Source of the DNA: a virus | Length of the DNA: 64,000 nucleotides | Virus record (IMG/VR): IMGVR_UViG_3300009703_002802 | Strand: one strand, 5' to 3' | Part shown: in pieces, positions 17,541 to 27,598 of the stretch | Numbering within the stretch: the stretch's first letter is position 1 | How the letters are laid out: every line of letters starts with the position of its first letter | Notes under the pieces: generated by a model | What the model was told of the DNA's origin: nothing | Database searches by the model: none | Seen by the model: the letters and a program-made list of their open reading frames with translations, nothing else | Position numbers and translations under genes: made by a program

Positions 17541-18624
17541 GAAAAAAGAACTTTCAATCTTTGATACGCTCGTAAAAAAGTACGGCGAAGACGTTGTTAA
17601 AAGCGGCAAAGAAGTATTTGAAGAAATCAAAAATAAGCAAATTATTCCTGTCAGCCCTTGTTTAGATTACGCTCTTGGCGGCGGAATCCAAGAAGGTAGT
17701 TGGGTTCAAATGATAGGAGATCCAAAGAGTGGCAAAACAACGACCGCTTTGCAAATAGCTGCTAATGCACAGAAAGAAGTCTATGGCTCAAGAGATGTGT
17801 GGTACATAAATGTAGAGGGAAGACTAAATAGAAAAAACTTGGAAGGAATAAAAGATCTAGACGTTGATAAGATCCACGTATTTGAATCACCTTCTGAAAC
17901 TCTGAGTGCAGAGAAGTACTTAGGAGCTATAGAAAGAATAGTCAAAGAATGTCCGGGTTCTGTTATTATCATTGATTCTGTTTCTTCTATGATAGCGCAA
18001 AAAGATTTAGACGAAGAGGTTAGAGGAGATTACAGACCGGGACTTCAAAAAATACTATCTAACTTCACAAAGAAACTTGGCGGCGTAGTTCCTAAGCAAG
18101 GTGTAATTATAATCATGATTACGCACTATATTTCTAACATCTCCGGCTATGGAAAAAAGAAGGTAGCTGATGGTGGTGTAAAAATACAATATCAAGCTGA
18201 TACTATTTTAGAGATAAGCAGGGTTCAGCCTTGGAAGATTGACGATAAGGCAGACTCACAGCAGGTTGGTCAGTGCATCTTATGGAAAGTGGTCACTTCC
18301 TCTGCCGGAGGCTTTACCGGAGGTGGAGCTGTTAGCTGGCTTCGTTACGGTGTTGGTCTTGATAAAAAACAAGAGTTATTTTCGCAGGCGGTTGATTTTG
18401 ACATTATCGAACAGGCTGGTGCGTGGTACACTTGCCACTTCGCTATTGACAGTCCAGAGTCTATCGCTGACATTCTGTCTGAAAAAGAAGTCGATCCATT
18501 AGACGAAGATGCCGTATTAAGATTCTTCAAATTTCAAGGACAGGCTAAGCTGTTAGATTTTATGAATGAGTATCCACAGCTTTGGGACTTGCTTGACAAC
18601 ACAATGAGGGAGATATTGTATTGA
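17533..18624 (+). CDS. recA: RecA/UvsX recombinase
   Basis: LDYALGGGI, Walker A GDPKSGKT, Walker B IIIDSV, QAGAWY. Confidence 0.92.
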   Translation: MAKKKELSIFDTLVKKYGEDVVKSGKEVFEEIKNKQIIPVSPCLDYALGGGIQEGSWVQMIGDPKSGKTTTALQIAANAQKEVYGSRDVWYINVEGRLNRKNLEGIKDLDVDKIHVFESPSETLSAEKYLGAIERIVKECPGSVIIIDSVSSMIAQKDLDEEVRGDYRPGLQKILSNFTKKLGGVVPKQGVIIIMITHYISNISGYGKKKVADGGVKIQYQADTILEISRVQPWKIDDKADSQQVGQCILWKVVTSSAGGFTGGGAVSWLRYGVGLDKKQELFSQAVDFDIIEQAGAWYTCHFAIDSPESIADILSEKEVDPLDEDAVLRFFKFQGQAKLLDFMNEYPQLWDLLDNTMREILY

Positions 18625-19046
18625 GAGTAAAAGGGTTTGACGGTCGCGAACATCATTGGAGGCTGAATAAATATGCAGTTTCTGGCGAAGATATTAGACC
18701 AAGATCAAACTTACATGTTTCCGCAAGAAAATTGTTGAAATCGCTTTTTCCTTATGATACAATTTTGGAAGAGGTCGTCCTTCCCGGCTCAAACAAGCCG
18801 TCGAGACCATCCAAACTTTACGCTGACTTTTTCATTCCAGCCTACAATCTTGTCGTGGAAGTTCATGGAAGGCAGCATTTTGAGTTCGTGAGTTTTTTTC
18901 ATAAGAACAAAGCCGAATTTCTAAAATCTAAAATCAGAGATAAAGACAAACAGAGATGGTGCGAACTTAATTCTATAGAATTCGTATCATTAAAATTTTC
19001 GGAAGGTGAAGATGAGTGGAGAGAAACAATACTCGAAAAACTTTGA
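18621..19046 (+). CDS. Vsr/DUF559-like PD-(D/E)xK endonuclease
   Basis: LYADFFIP...VVEVHGRQH...RDKDKQRWCELN. Confidence 0.75.
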   Translation: MRVKGFDGREHHWRLNKYAVSGEDIRPRSNLHVSARKLLKSLFPYDTILEEVVLPGSNKPSRPSKLYADFFIPAYNLVVEVHGRQHFEFVSFFHKNKAEFLKSKIRDKDKQRWCELNSIEFVSLKFSEGEDEWRETILEKL

Positions 19047-19491
19047 GCTTGACGGCCTTATACAATCTCTAAACGAATACAGCGACCTAAAAGGTATAAT
19101 AACTGCAAAAATACATCCAGAGGTTGAAGAAATTGTAAACCTTACGGAAGACGATCTGAAGAAACTAAAACCTGAAGAATGTCTACGCAAGGCTTTTTTA
19201 TTATCTGGATACTGCGGCTATGTGCAGAAAATAGAAAACAAACACAAAGTAAAACTAAACTGGTGCAATGACATCCTTTACAGAATGACAGTAGAACATG
19301 ACCACCTGTTTGGCAAATATATGAAATGGGAACAGAAGTTACACACCCTATCAATTAATGATGACTTTGCTGAGTCCGTTATGAAAGCAAAAAGTACAGC
19401 AGAAAACAACATTACTTGGATAGACAATAAAGTTAGAGACATGCGTAGACAAGTAGACGCATTAATGGAGCTTGGAAGGAGAAGGTACTAA
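19012..19491 (+). CDS. Helical protein, possibly a UvsY-like recombination mediator
   Basis: Coiled-coil composition and position next to recA; function is an inference. Confidence 0.4.
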   Translation: MSGEKQYSKNFELDGLIQSLNEYSDLKGIITAKIHPEVEEIVNLTEDDLKKLKPEECLRKAFLLSGYCGYVQKIENKHKVKLNWCNDILYRMTVEHDHLFGKYMKWEQKLHTLSINDDFAESVMKAKSTAENNITWIDNKVRDMRRQVDALMELGRRRY

Positions 19492-19940
19492 TGACCCCTC
19501 TAGAACTTATCAAAGAAGGAATTTTGAACGATGATATGGAGCAAGTTATTCTCGGCTACAAAAGCCTCACGGGAGAATCAATCTCAAGAGGAGCAGCAGA
19601 AGAGCGAGAGCCAGAAGACGGACAAGTGCAAGAAACACCAGTGCAAGAAGGGGTGCGGGAAGAAAAATCAAAAGACTTAGACTTCTCAATAAAAAGATCT
19701 AAAAATGATAGTAAATCTAAATATGCAAAAGCAGAGGCAATTCAATCTGGCGAGAATAAGTTCGTTGACGATGGCGTTGAGTCTTCAGAAGTAACAACTC
19801 CAGAAGTCAGAAGAACAACAAGACGGCCTCCGGTTGATTTGTTAGATGTCACTTGTCATGTTTGCGGAAAGACAGAACAGATAAACCCTCAACTTAAAAG
19901 TGGAGAATTCTACAGATGTTCAAGATGTATTGGAGGGTAA
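19491..19940 (+). CDS. Hypothetical protein with C-terminal zinc finger
   Basis: CHVC...CSRC. Confidence 0.65.
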   Translation: MTPLELIKEGILNDDMEQVILGYKSLTGESISRGAAEEREPEDGQVQETPVQEGVREEKSKDLDFSIKRSKNDSKSKYAKAEAIQSGENKFVDDGVESSEVTTPEVRRTTRRPPVDLLDVTCHVCGKTEQINPQLKSGEFYRCSRCIGG

Positions 19941-19943
19941 CAA

Positions 19944-21401
19944 GTGGAAGAACAAATTTCAAATCCAGCGTCCGAAAGGGTTGTTTTATCGGGCATAATT
20001 AAACATGGCTCAGAAGCTTTTATAGACGTTGACGACATGATAGATGTAAGCACGTTTACTTTAGAGCAAAATCAGATTATTTATGCCTGCCTAAAAAAGA
20101 CATTAGAAAATAGCTCTAGCATAGATCTTCCGTCCGTCCTGAGTGCGGCTGAAGATTTAGGAATGACAGACTCTTTCAAGGACAGGGTTCCTCCTAATCA
20201 TATTCAAGGATTAATGAACTTCGATGTTCAACTTGAAAATGTTAGGACTCACGCAAAGAAACTAAAGAAGCTGGAAATAGCCAGAGATGTCAGACTCAGA
20301 GCAAAAAGAGTTATAAAAGACATAAGCGATGTTACAGGAGATGAATCTGTTGACACCATCATATCAATAGGCGAATCTCCTTTCTTTGAACTATCTTCAA
20401 CTCTTAACAACTCCGTAGAGGACAGGCCAATAACTCTTGGAGACGAAGTTTCTAACTATATACAGCACTTGGAAGAGAATCCTTGCGACATGCTGGGTTT
20501 GAGTAGTGGCTTCGCAAGGTTTGACGCAGCTATTGGTGGTGGTTTTCGACGTAAGTGTGTAGATCTCATAGCTGCTCGCCCTAAAACAGGAAAGAGTATG
20601 CTGGCAGATAATGTAGCTGCTCACATAGCAACCCAATTAGAAGTTCCTGTTTTGATATTAGACACGGAAATGTCAAGAGAGGATCACTTCAACAGACTGT
20701 TGGCAAGGTTCAGTGGAATAAACATCAACGATATTTCTACTGGAAAGTTCACAAAAATGGTGAACGGCAAAGAAAGAATTGCTCAAGCCGCAGAAAAAAT
20801 TAAAGACGTTCCGTTTGATTATATCACTATAGCTGGGAAGCCTTTTGAAGAAACACTTTCGATTATCAGGAGATGGATTGTCAAACGTGTCGGCTTCGAC
20901 GAAAACGGAAGAACAAATGATTGTATGGTCATATATGATTATCTAAAACTTATGGCATCTAATGAAATTAATGACAGCATGAAAGAGTTTCAGGTGCTAG
21001 GATTTCAAATAACAAAACTACACAACTTGACTGTTGAGTATGACTTTCCTTGCCTGAGCTTTGTTCAGCTAAACAGAGACGGAATTACAAAAGAGTCTAC
21101 TGATGTTGTCAGTGGTTCTGACAGATTGATTTGGCTCTGTAGTAGCTTTACTATTTTCAAAACAAAATCTGATGAAGAAATGGCTGAAGATAACGGAGCT
21201 ACAGGTAATAGAAAGTTGATTCCAATCGTCACTAGGCACGGTGGTGGCCTAGATGATTACGACTATATCAACATTGATATGAAGGGTGAGATTGGAACTG
21301 TTGAAGAAATGATGACTAAATCAGAGGCTTTAAAAGGAACTCAATTACAACGAGAGGGATTTGTTATTGAGGACGGTGGAGAAGCGGAGAGGCCATTCTA
21401 A
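19944..21401 (+). CDS. dnaB: Replicative DNA helicase
   Basis: AARPKTGKS, LDTEMS, IYDYLKL, VQLNR, GSDRL. Confidence 0.92.
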   Translation: MEEQISNPASERVVLSGIIKHGSEAFIDVDDMIDVSTFTLEQNQIIYACLKKTLENSSSIDLPSVLSAAEDLGMTDSFKDRVPPNHIQGLMNFDVQLENVRTHAKKLKKLEIARDVRLRAKRVIKDISDVTGDESVDTIISIGESPFFELSSTLNNSVEDRPITLGDEVSNYIQHLEENPCDMLGLSSGFARFDAAIGGGFRRKCVDLIAARPKTGKSMLADNVAAHIATQLEVPVLILDTEMSREDHFNRLLARFSGININDISTGKFTKMVNGKERIAQAAEKIKDVPFDYITIAGKPFEETLSIIRRWIVKRVGFDENGRTNDCMVIYDYLKLMASNEINDSMKEFQVLGFQITKLHNLTVEYDFPCLSFVQLNRDGITKESTDVVSGSDRLIWLCSSFTIFKTKSDEEMAEDNGATGNRKLIPIVTRHGGGLDDYDYINIDMKGEIGTVEEMMTKSEALKGTQLQREGFVIEDGGEAERPF

Positions 21402-22444
21402 TGTTTCAAACAAAAGAAGACAGGATTGCACTGGCAGATTTGATGTCTGACAATATAGGTGATCTTTTAGATTTTTTAGAAATAGACTACACAGATAATG
21501 GCGATTACTACGCCTTTGTCTGTCCCATACACGAAGGTGCTGACAATCCACATGGATGCACGATGACGGTATTCGGTGAGTGGAAAGGTGCTTGGAAGTG
21601 TTGGACTAGAGGTTGCGAAAAAGAGCATACTCATTCGATATTGGGGTTTGTCAGAGCTGTACTTAGCGTGAGAAAAGACAAGGAAGTTTCATTCAATGAA
21701 GCTATTAATTTTTGCAAGGACTTTCTTAACGTAAGTGGAAACGATATTAAAGATAGAGCAAAAGATATACCGTCTATACTTCAAAAGTATCAGCAAAAAA
21801 CAAAGCAGAATAAACAGAAAATACTAAACATACCTAGAGAAGAAATTAGGAAAAGTCTCAAGATACCTTCTAAGTATTACATCAATAGGGGTTATACTAA
21901 AGAGGTGTTGGATAAGTTTGATGTTGGAAACTGCGATTCAAAAGGTAAACAGATGAACGGTAGAATTGTAGCTCCCGTTTATGATGAAAACTTTGAATAC
22001 GTTGGTTGCGTAGGAAGAACTACGAAAGAAGAACATAACGGTTACAAGTGGATAAATTCCAAATACTTCAATTCAGGCTCTCACTTATACGGTTACTGGC
22101 TAGCCAAAGAAAAGATAAGAGAAAAGAAAACGGTTGTTTTGGTAGAAGGTCAAGGCGATGTATGGAGACTTCACGAAGCCGGAATAGAAAATTGTGTGGG
22201 TATATTTGGATCTTCTCTTAGTGACACACAATCTAGAATTATACAAACTTCTGGAGCCTTTAATGTTGTTATACTGACAGATAATGACGAAGGTGGCGAA
22301 AAAGCTAGAAGGTCAATCAAGGAAAAATGCGGAACTCTTTTTAACATTGTCGAACCAGAGTTTTTCGCTAAGGATATTGGCGAAATGACCGTACAACAAA
22401 TACAAAACGAAATTAAGCCTCAACTGGAGGGCAAGTATGTCTAG
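21401..22444 (+). CDS. dnaG: DNA primase (zinc-binding domain + TOPRIM)
   Basis: CPIH...CWTRGC; RIVAPV; VEGQGD; TDND. Confidence 0.88.
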   Translation: MFQTKEDRIALADLMSDNIGDLLDFLEIDYTDNGDYYAFVCPIHEGADNPHGCTMTVFGEWKGAWKCWTRGCEKEHTHSILGFVRAVLSVRKDKEVSFNEAINFCKDFLNVSGNDIKDRAKDIPSILQKYQQKTKQNKQKILNIPREEIRKSLKIPSKYYINRGYTKEVLDKFDVGNCDSKGKQMNGRIVAPVYDENFEYVGCVGRTTKEEHNGYKWINSKYFNSGSHLYGYWLAKEKIREKKTVVLVEGQGDVWRLHEAGIENCVGIFGSSLSDTQSRIIQTSGAFNVVILTDNDEGGEKARRSIKEKCGTLFNIVEPEFFAKDIGEMTVQQIQNEIKPQLEGKYV

Positions 22445-23234
22445 AATAATTGGATTCTCTGGAGCAAAGCAAAGCGGTAAAACCACATCAACAAACTTCC
22501 TTTACGGATATCAACTTAGAGTTAATGATGTAATTGAGAAGTTTATGATGAACCAAGACACTGGCGAACTTCTTGTTAATACAGTGACGATTAACGAGAA
22601 AGGCGAAGAAGAAGAAGGTTTGGGTATTCTCGACATCGAGAGAAGAGATCCTGAATTTGTAGAATACGCAGCACAAGAAATTTGGCCTCATGTGAGATCG
22701 TTTAGTTTTGCCGACCCTCTCAAGATAATAGCGGTACAACTATTCGGTTTGTCAGAAGAGCAGTGTTTCGGCACGGACGAAGATAAAAACTCACTTACTA
22801 ATATTAGAATTCAAGATATGTCTAGGTTAATTTCTGGCCCAGACCAAACCGAACTTGTGAAGATACCAGCAGCAGAAGCTCATCTTACAGCAAGAGAATT
22901 TTTACAATATTTTGGAACAGACATATGCAGAAGACTTAAATCGGACATATGGGTTCGCAGTTGTGTGAACAGAATAAAACAAAGTGGAACTGATCTAGCC
23001 ATTGTTCCAGATATACGTTTCCCAAACGAAGTTAAGGCTATACGCAAAGCTGGAGGCAAAGTCATAAGACTGACAAGAAAGCCTCACGAAGATAGTCACG
23101 ACAGTGAAACAGCTTTAGATGGCTTTAAGAAATTTGATCATGTTATCGACAATCAAAACATGACGATTGATGAAACTAATAGAGCATTGTTAGAGGTTAT
23201 AAAGGAATGGGGATGGATAACTCCAAAGGCTTAA
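22437..23234 (+). CDS. Deoxynucleoside monophosphate kinase
   Basis: GAKQSGKT, SFADPLK, REFLQYFGTDICR, PDIRFPNE. Confidence 0.88.
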   Translation: MSRIIGFSGAKQSGKTTSTNFLYGYQLRVNDVIEKFMMNQDTGELLVNTVTINEKGEEEEGLGILDIERRDPEFVEYAAQEIWPHVRSFSFADPLKIIAVQLFGLSEEQCFGTDEDKNSLTNIRIQDMSRLISGPDQTELVKIPAAEAHLTAREFLQYFGTDICRRLKSDIWVRSCVNRIKQSGTDLAIVPDIRFPNEVKAIRKAGGKVIRLTRKPHEDSHDSETALDGFKKFDHVIDNQNMTIDETNRALLEVIKEWGWITPKA

Positions 23235-23770
23235 TCGTAGAAATTCCGTTTACACAGGATATGGTCAACTCTGCTAAAGCTAAGGCTAAGCAGATGGGAT
23301 CAATTAAGAATTCAATACTCAAGGGTAAAGGTAACTTTGCTGGATTTCTTGGGGAAGAAGCCGTCGCTGCGTACATCAGTGCGGACATTATTAGTTTTGA
23401 AGAGGGAGATGCCAAATACGGGCATGATATCCTCAAAAATGACAGAAGGATTGAAGTAAAGACTAAAAGGCGCACAGTCGCTCCAAAGCCTTTCTATGAC
23501 GTTTCAGTCGCTGCTACAAGCAAGCACCAAGCGGACAAGAGAGGATTAGATCTTTACATTTTTGCAAGCATACAGTTTGATGGTCATACGCCAAAGAGGA
23601 TATGGATCATCGGACAAAAAGACAGGGATCAATATTTCAAACAGGCTAGGTTTATCAAAAAAGGAGAGAGTGAAGGCAACAATGGTTTTCGCGCTCATAC
23701 TGATATGTACAATTTGATAACTACAGAATTAGATGGTTTAGATGATAGTTTGCTACCACAGAAGCAGTAG
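23213..23770 (+). CDS. Restriction-endonuclease-like PD-(D/E)xK protein
   Basis: GFLGEEAV...HDILKNDRRIEVKTK. Confidence 0.55.
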   Translation: MDNSKGLIVEIPFTQDMVNSAKAKAKQMGSIKNSILKGKGNFAGFLGEEAVAAYISADIISFEEGDAKYGHDILKNDRRIEVKTKRRTVAPKPFYDVSVAATSKHQADKRGLDLYIFASIQFDGHTPKRIWIIGQKDRDQYFKQARFIKKGESEGNNGFRAHTDMYNLITTELDGLDDSLLPQKQ

Positions 23771-24761
23771 TTTAGGAACTCTGGAGTTCTGCGAACAAAA
23801 GTATTTTCTCCAGTACAATCTATCCTACAAGGACAAGACGAACAAAAAAGCTCTCATGGGTACTATTACCCATAAGGTGATGCAGATACTTGGAGACAAG
23901 TCACTGGCTATCATCAAAGGTGAAGACAAGGTCGTTGATGACGAACTTGGTACTTTTACGCTGGAGCAGTGTGACGACCTATCGCATGTGAATGACTTAG
24001 CTTTTGATTACTACGCTAGTAGTTTTCCAGAAGTCGTTATCACGGATACTGAAAAACGAACCTGTCTAAAATGGGCTGAGAAAGCTGTGGCCTATCAGGA
24101 CGGAATGTTTGATCCTAGAAATCAAGATGTATTTGCGACAGAGCTTTTCTTCGACATTGAAATACAGGAAAACTGGGCAAAGTACAACTACAGGGTAGGT
24201 AAAGAAAATGTCAAAGGTAACTTAGCTATAAAGGGAACCGTTGACTTAATCGTAAAACAGGGCGAAAACTATTACGAGATACTAGATTATAAAACCGGCA
24301 AAAGAATTAACTGGGCTACTGGAGAAGAGAAAACTTTAGAGAAGCTGCAAAAAGACACTCAGCTCCTCCTGTATTACTACGCCCTAAAAAACATGTACCC
24401 AGAAGCAGAGTTTTCTGTAAGCATTTTTTATATTAACGCTGGTGGTGTTTTCTCAATGGTCTTTGACGAAGACGACTACAAAAAAGCAGAAAACATATTG
24501 AGACAAAAATTTGAGAAAATTAAGAGAAGTCAAAATCCAAAGCTCTTATCTAATGAAAACTCACATTGGAAGTGCCAGAAACTTTGTAAGTTTAGTCAGC
24601 CTTACAAAGAAGGTTCAAAGAAAAGTGTGTGTCAACATATTAGAGACGAGGTAAGAAAAGACGGAATCTTAAAAGTTGTTGAAAAATACGGAGATGTCAA
24701 CAAGCTGTCAGCATACGGAGATGGCGGCGGTAGACTCGCAGAAGATACTAAGAAAAAATGA
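23742..24761 (+). CDS. Cas4/RecB-like PD-(D/E)xK exonuclease
   Basis: SSSLGTLEFCEQKYF, GTVDL, ILDYKTG, QLLLYY, CQKLC...C. Confidence 0.85.
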   Translation: MIVCYHRSSSLGTLEFCEQKYFLQYNLSYKDKTNKKALMGTITHKVMQILGDKSLAIIKGEDKVVDDELGTFTLEQCDDLSHVNDLAFDYYASSFPEVVITDTEKRTCLKWAEKAVAYQDGMFDPRNQDVFATELFFDIEIQENWAKYNYRVGKENVKGNLAIKGTVDLIVKQGENYYEILDYKTGKRINWATGEEKTLEKLQKDTQLLLYYYALKNMYPEAEFSVSIFYINAGGVFSMVFDEDDYKKAENILRQKFEKIKRSQNPKLLSNENSHWKCQKLCKFSQPYKEGSKKSVCQHIRDEVRKDGILKVVEKYGDVNKLSAYGDGGGRLAEDTKKK

Positions 24762-26665
24762 ATTGGACTCCATTACATTTACACAGTCACTACAGCCTAC
24801 TTGATGGCCTGTCTAGGCCGCAACAGATCGCAAGCAGGTGTGCAGACTTGGGATTTAGCTCTTGCGCACTGACAGATCACGGAACCGTGTCTGGAGCTGT
24901 CTCTTTCACTAAGGCTTGTAAAGCAAAAAATATCAAACCTGTGTTAGGCTGTGAGTTCTATCTCAGTCAAGACGACGCAACGGTAAAAGAAACATCAAAC
25001 AGAACCCTGAGTCATCTTGTAGTGCTGGCAAAGAACAAGACTGGCTGGGGAAAATTGATCGAGGCTGTATCTCGCAGTAACGATGAAGATGTTTATTATT
25101 ACAAGCCGCGATTAGACTTAGATTTGCTCGGTCAATATGCTAACGGAGACCTTTTGGCTTTTAGTGGGCATTTAGGCAGCGACATGGCTAACGCGATTTT
25201 TACAGACTATAAAGCTGCGTATGGTCAAGAAACAGAGGCTGGAGTTAAGAAGTATATAGACCCAAGCTGGGTTGAGAAAGTCACAAAAGTCGCATACAAA
25301 TATATGGATATATTTGGTAAAGAAAACTTTCTAATCGAAGTGCAGTGTATAGACCAAGATAACTCTCCAGCAGCAAAGCTTGTAGCGCAAGGGATGCGCT
25401 ATATCGCTAAAACATTAAAGATACCCTCGATAGCGACCTCAGACTCACACTATCCAGAAAAGAAGGATTCACCAGACCACCTACTACTTTTGTGTTCTGC
25501 GATGAAAACAACTCTTAGAAAGATAAAAAGCAAGTTAGATAACAATGAGGACGTTGGCTTCTCTGGGTTTATGAAGTCTAACAACTTCCACATCCCAACT
25601 TTACAAGAGATGAAGGCAATACATACAGAAGCTGAATTGCAGAATACCATGCATGTGGCCGACATGTGTGAAAGCTATGACATTCTTGGTCAGCCAATGT
25701 TGCCTAAGTTTAAATGCCCAGAAGACATGGCGGAAGAGGCTTACCTAAAACATTTATGCAGAGAGGGATGGAAAAATTTCCTCATGCCAAGTGGTAAGAT
25801 AAACACAAAAACATCTGAAGATATATATGCCGACAGAATAAAAAAAGAACTTAAAGTCATAAGTGATGCAAACCTGTCTGGATACTTTCTGATAGTAAGA
25901 GATATAGTTAACAACATTAGATCAAACTCTTGGATTCCCGGACCCGGAAGAGGTTCTGCTGCTGGATGTTTGGTTTCTTATTTGGTGGGCATAACACAAG
26001 TTGATCCCATTGAGTATGGATTAATCTTTGAAAGATTTTATAACGCCGGAAGAAATACAGAAGATCACATATCACTTCCAGATATTGATATAGACGTACC
26101 GGCATCTAGAAGAGACGATACCATAAACTACATAAGAGATAAGTATGGACATTCAAAAGTAAGTCAAATGGTTACATTTGGGAGACTTCAAGGGCGAAGC
26201 GCACTCAAAGAAGTTCTACGCATGAATGAGGCTTGCGGCTATGACGAAATGAACGTCATAACAAAAAGCCTACCACCCGAACATGAAATATCTGATCAAT
26301 TAGCGGATATGGACGACCCGTCAGTAATACGATGGACTTTGATAAATCAGCCGGAAGTCCTAAGAGAGTATTGCAGAATGAATGACGAGGGCGAATTAGA
26401 AGGCGATTATGCAAAACTGTTTGAACAAGCCATGCGCATCGAAGGTACATTTAAGTCTCAGGGTAAACACGCAGCTGGAGTTGTAATTTCCTCCAATAAT
26501 TTGAACGAGGTATGCCCTATGGTTAGAGACAAATCTAGCTCAGAAAAAATGGCTGGTATGGAAATGAACGATCTTGAGGCTATGGGTCATGTCAAATTTG
26601 ACGTTTTAGGTATTTCACTTTTAGATAAAGTGATGGGTATTAGAGACCAACTGGAAGAATCTTAA
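24758..26665 (+). CDS. dnaE: DNA polymerase III alpha, N-terminal half (PHP + palm)
   Basis: HLHSHYSLLDG, TDHG, GPGRGSAAG, PDIDID, GKHAAG, KFDVLG. Confidence 0.93.
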   Translation: MNWTPLHLHSHYSLLDGLSRPQQIASRCADLGFSSCALTDHGTVSGAVSFTKACKAKNIKPVLGCEFYLSQDDATVKETSNRTLSHLVVLAKNKTGWGKLIEAVSRSNDEDVYYYKPRLDLDLLGQYANGDLLAFSGHLGSDMANAIFTDYKAAYGQETEAGVKKYIDPSWVEKVTKVAYKYMDIFGKENFLIEVQCIDQDNSPAAKLVAQGMRYIAKTLKIPSIATSDSHYPEKKDSPDHLLLLCSAMKTTLRKIKSKLDNNEDVGFSGFMKSNNFHIPTLQEMKAIHTEAELQNTMHVADMCESYDILGQPMLPKFKCPEDMAEEAYLKHLCREGWKNFLMPSGKINTKTSEDIYADRIKKELKVISDANLSGYFLIVRDIVNNIRSNSWIPGPGRGSAAGCLVSYLVGITQVDPIEYGLIFERFYNAGRNTEDHISLPDIDIDVPASRRDDTINYIRDKYGHSKVSQMVTFGRLQGRSALKEVLRMNEACGYDEMNVITKSLPPEHEISDQLADMDDPSVIRWTLINQPEVLREYCRMNDEGELEGDYAKLFEQAMRIEGTFKSQGKHAAGVVISSNNLNEVCPMVRDKSSSEKMAGMEMNDLEAMGHVKFDVLGISLLDKVMGIRDQLEES

Positions 26666-26666
26666 T

Positions 26667-26918
26667 ATGAATAGAGAATTTATAAAAAACAGAATTGAGA
26701 ACAAAAGATACGTTGAGTTCAAATCTCTGTCTATATGCAAAATAAATGATTTTTATGACAGAATGGTAGAAAAGGACATGTATCAGGTTCACTGTTCCAA
26801 CCCTAGATGTTTGCATGAAAAAGAATCTAACTCAAAGAAAATTCCGTTCAGTATGCTTTACGCAGACATTGAACAAGCAATAAATAAATTTGTTGAATTA
26901 AGGAAAAAGATAAGATGA
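26667..26918 (+). CDS. Hypothetical protein
   Basis: 83-aa ORF between dnaE-N and the exonuclease, coupled to the latter. Confidence 0.6.
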   Translation: MNREFIKNRIENKRYVEFKSLSICKINDFYDRMVEKDMYQVHCSNPRCLHEKESNSKKIPFSMLYADIEQAINKFVELRKKIR

Positions 26919-27598
26919 ATTATAGAGATATCATTGTGTTCGACTTTGAAACGGGCGGTAGAAACCCGTATAAGTGTCAGCCAACACAAATTGCCGCAGT
27001 TGCTATTCATGGGCGCAAGCTCACTGTGCAGCCCGGAGGTTATTTTAATAGTGAAATACGGCCTATTTTAGATGACGATAAGGCTATTGAGCTAGGTTTA
27101 GATCCAGTAGAGGACGAAGCTCTCGCCGTCACTAGAAAGAATAGAGAAGATTTAGCAAAAGCACCGCAGCCAAAAGCGGTTTGGCAAAAGTTCACAAACT
27201 TTGTCAATAAGTACAACTTCAAAAAAACAAACTACTACGCTCCTATCGCCGCTGGTTACAACATAATTGGTTTTGACATGCCTATCGTTGAACGTATGTG
27301 CCAACAATATGGCCCTACGCACAACAAGTCAGGTAGACAGGGCTTGTTTAATCCTATTCACAAAGTTGACTTGATGCATACGGTGTGGATGTGGATGGAG
27401 AATAACTCAGATGTTAAATCCTTGAGCATGGATTCAATGAGAGACCTGCTTGGTATGGACAAAGAAAATGCTCATGACGCACTACAGGACGTAAAAGATA
27501 CTGCCAATTTGTTGATTGCTTTCATGAAGCTTATCAGAAGAGTTTCTCCTAGCGTAAAATTTGAAAAGGCATTTGCAGATGGAAACATCCACCTTTGA
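26915..27598 (+). CDS. DEDDh 3'-5' exonuclease (DnaQ/epsilon-like)
   Basis: VFDFETGG, GYNIIGFD, HDALQD. Confidence 0.88.
   Translation: MNYRDIIVFDFETGGRNPYKCQPTQIAAVAIHGRKLTVQPGGYFNSEIRPILDDDKAIELGLDPVEDEALAVTRKNREDLAKAPQPKAVWQKFTNFVNKYNFKKTNYYAPIAAGYNIIGFDMPIVERMCQQYGPTHNKSGRQGLFNPIHKVDLMHTVWMWMENNSDVKSLSMDSMRDLLGMDKENAHDALQDVKDTANLLIAFMKLIRRVSPSVKFEKAFADGNIHL

Noticed and set aside
23742-24761. Cas4-like nuclease as evidence of CRISPR-Cas
   Set aside because: Solo Cas4/RecB-like nucleases are common in phage replication modules; no repeats or other cas genes
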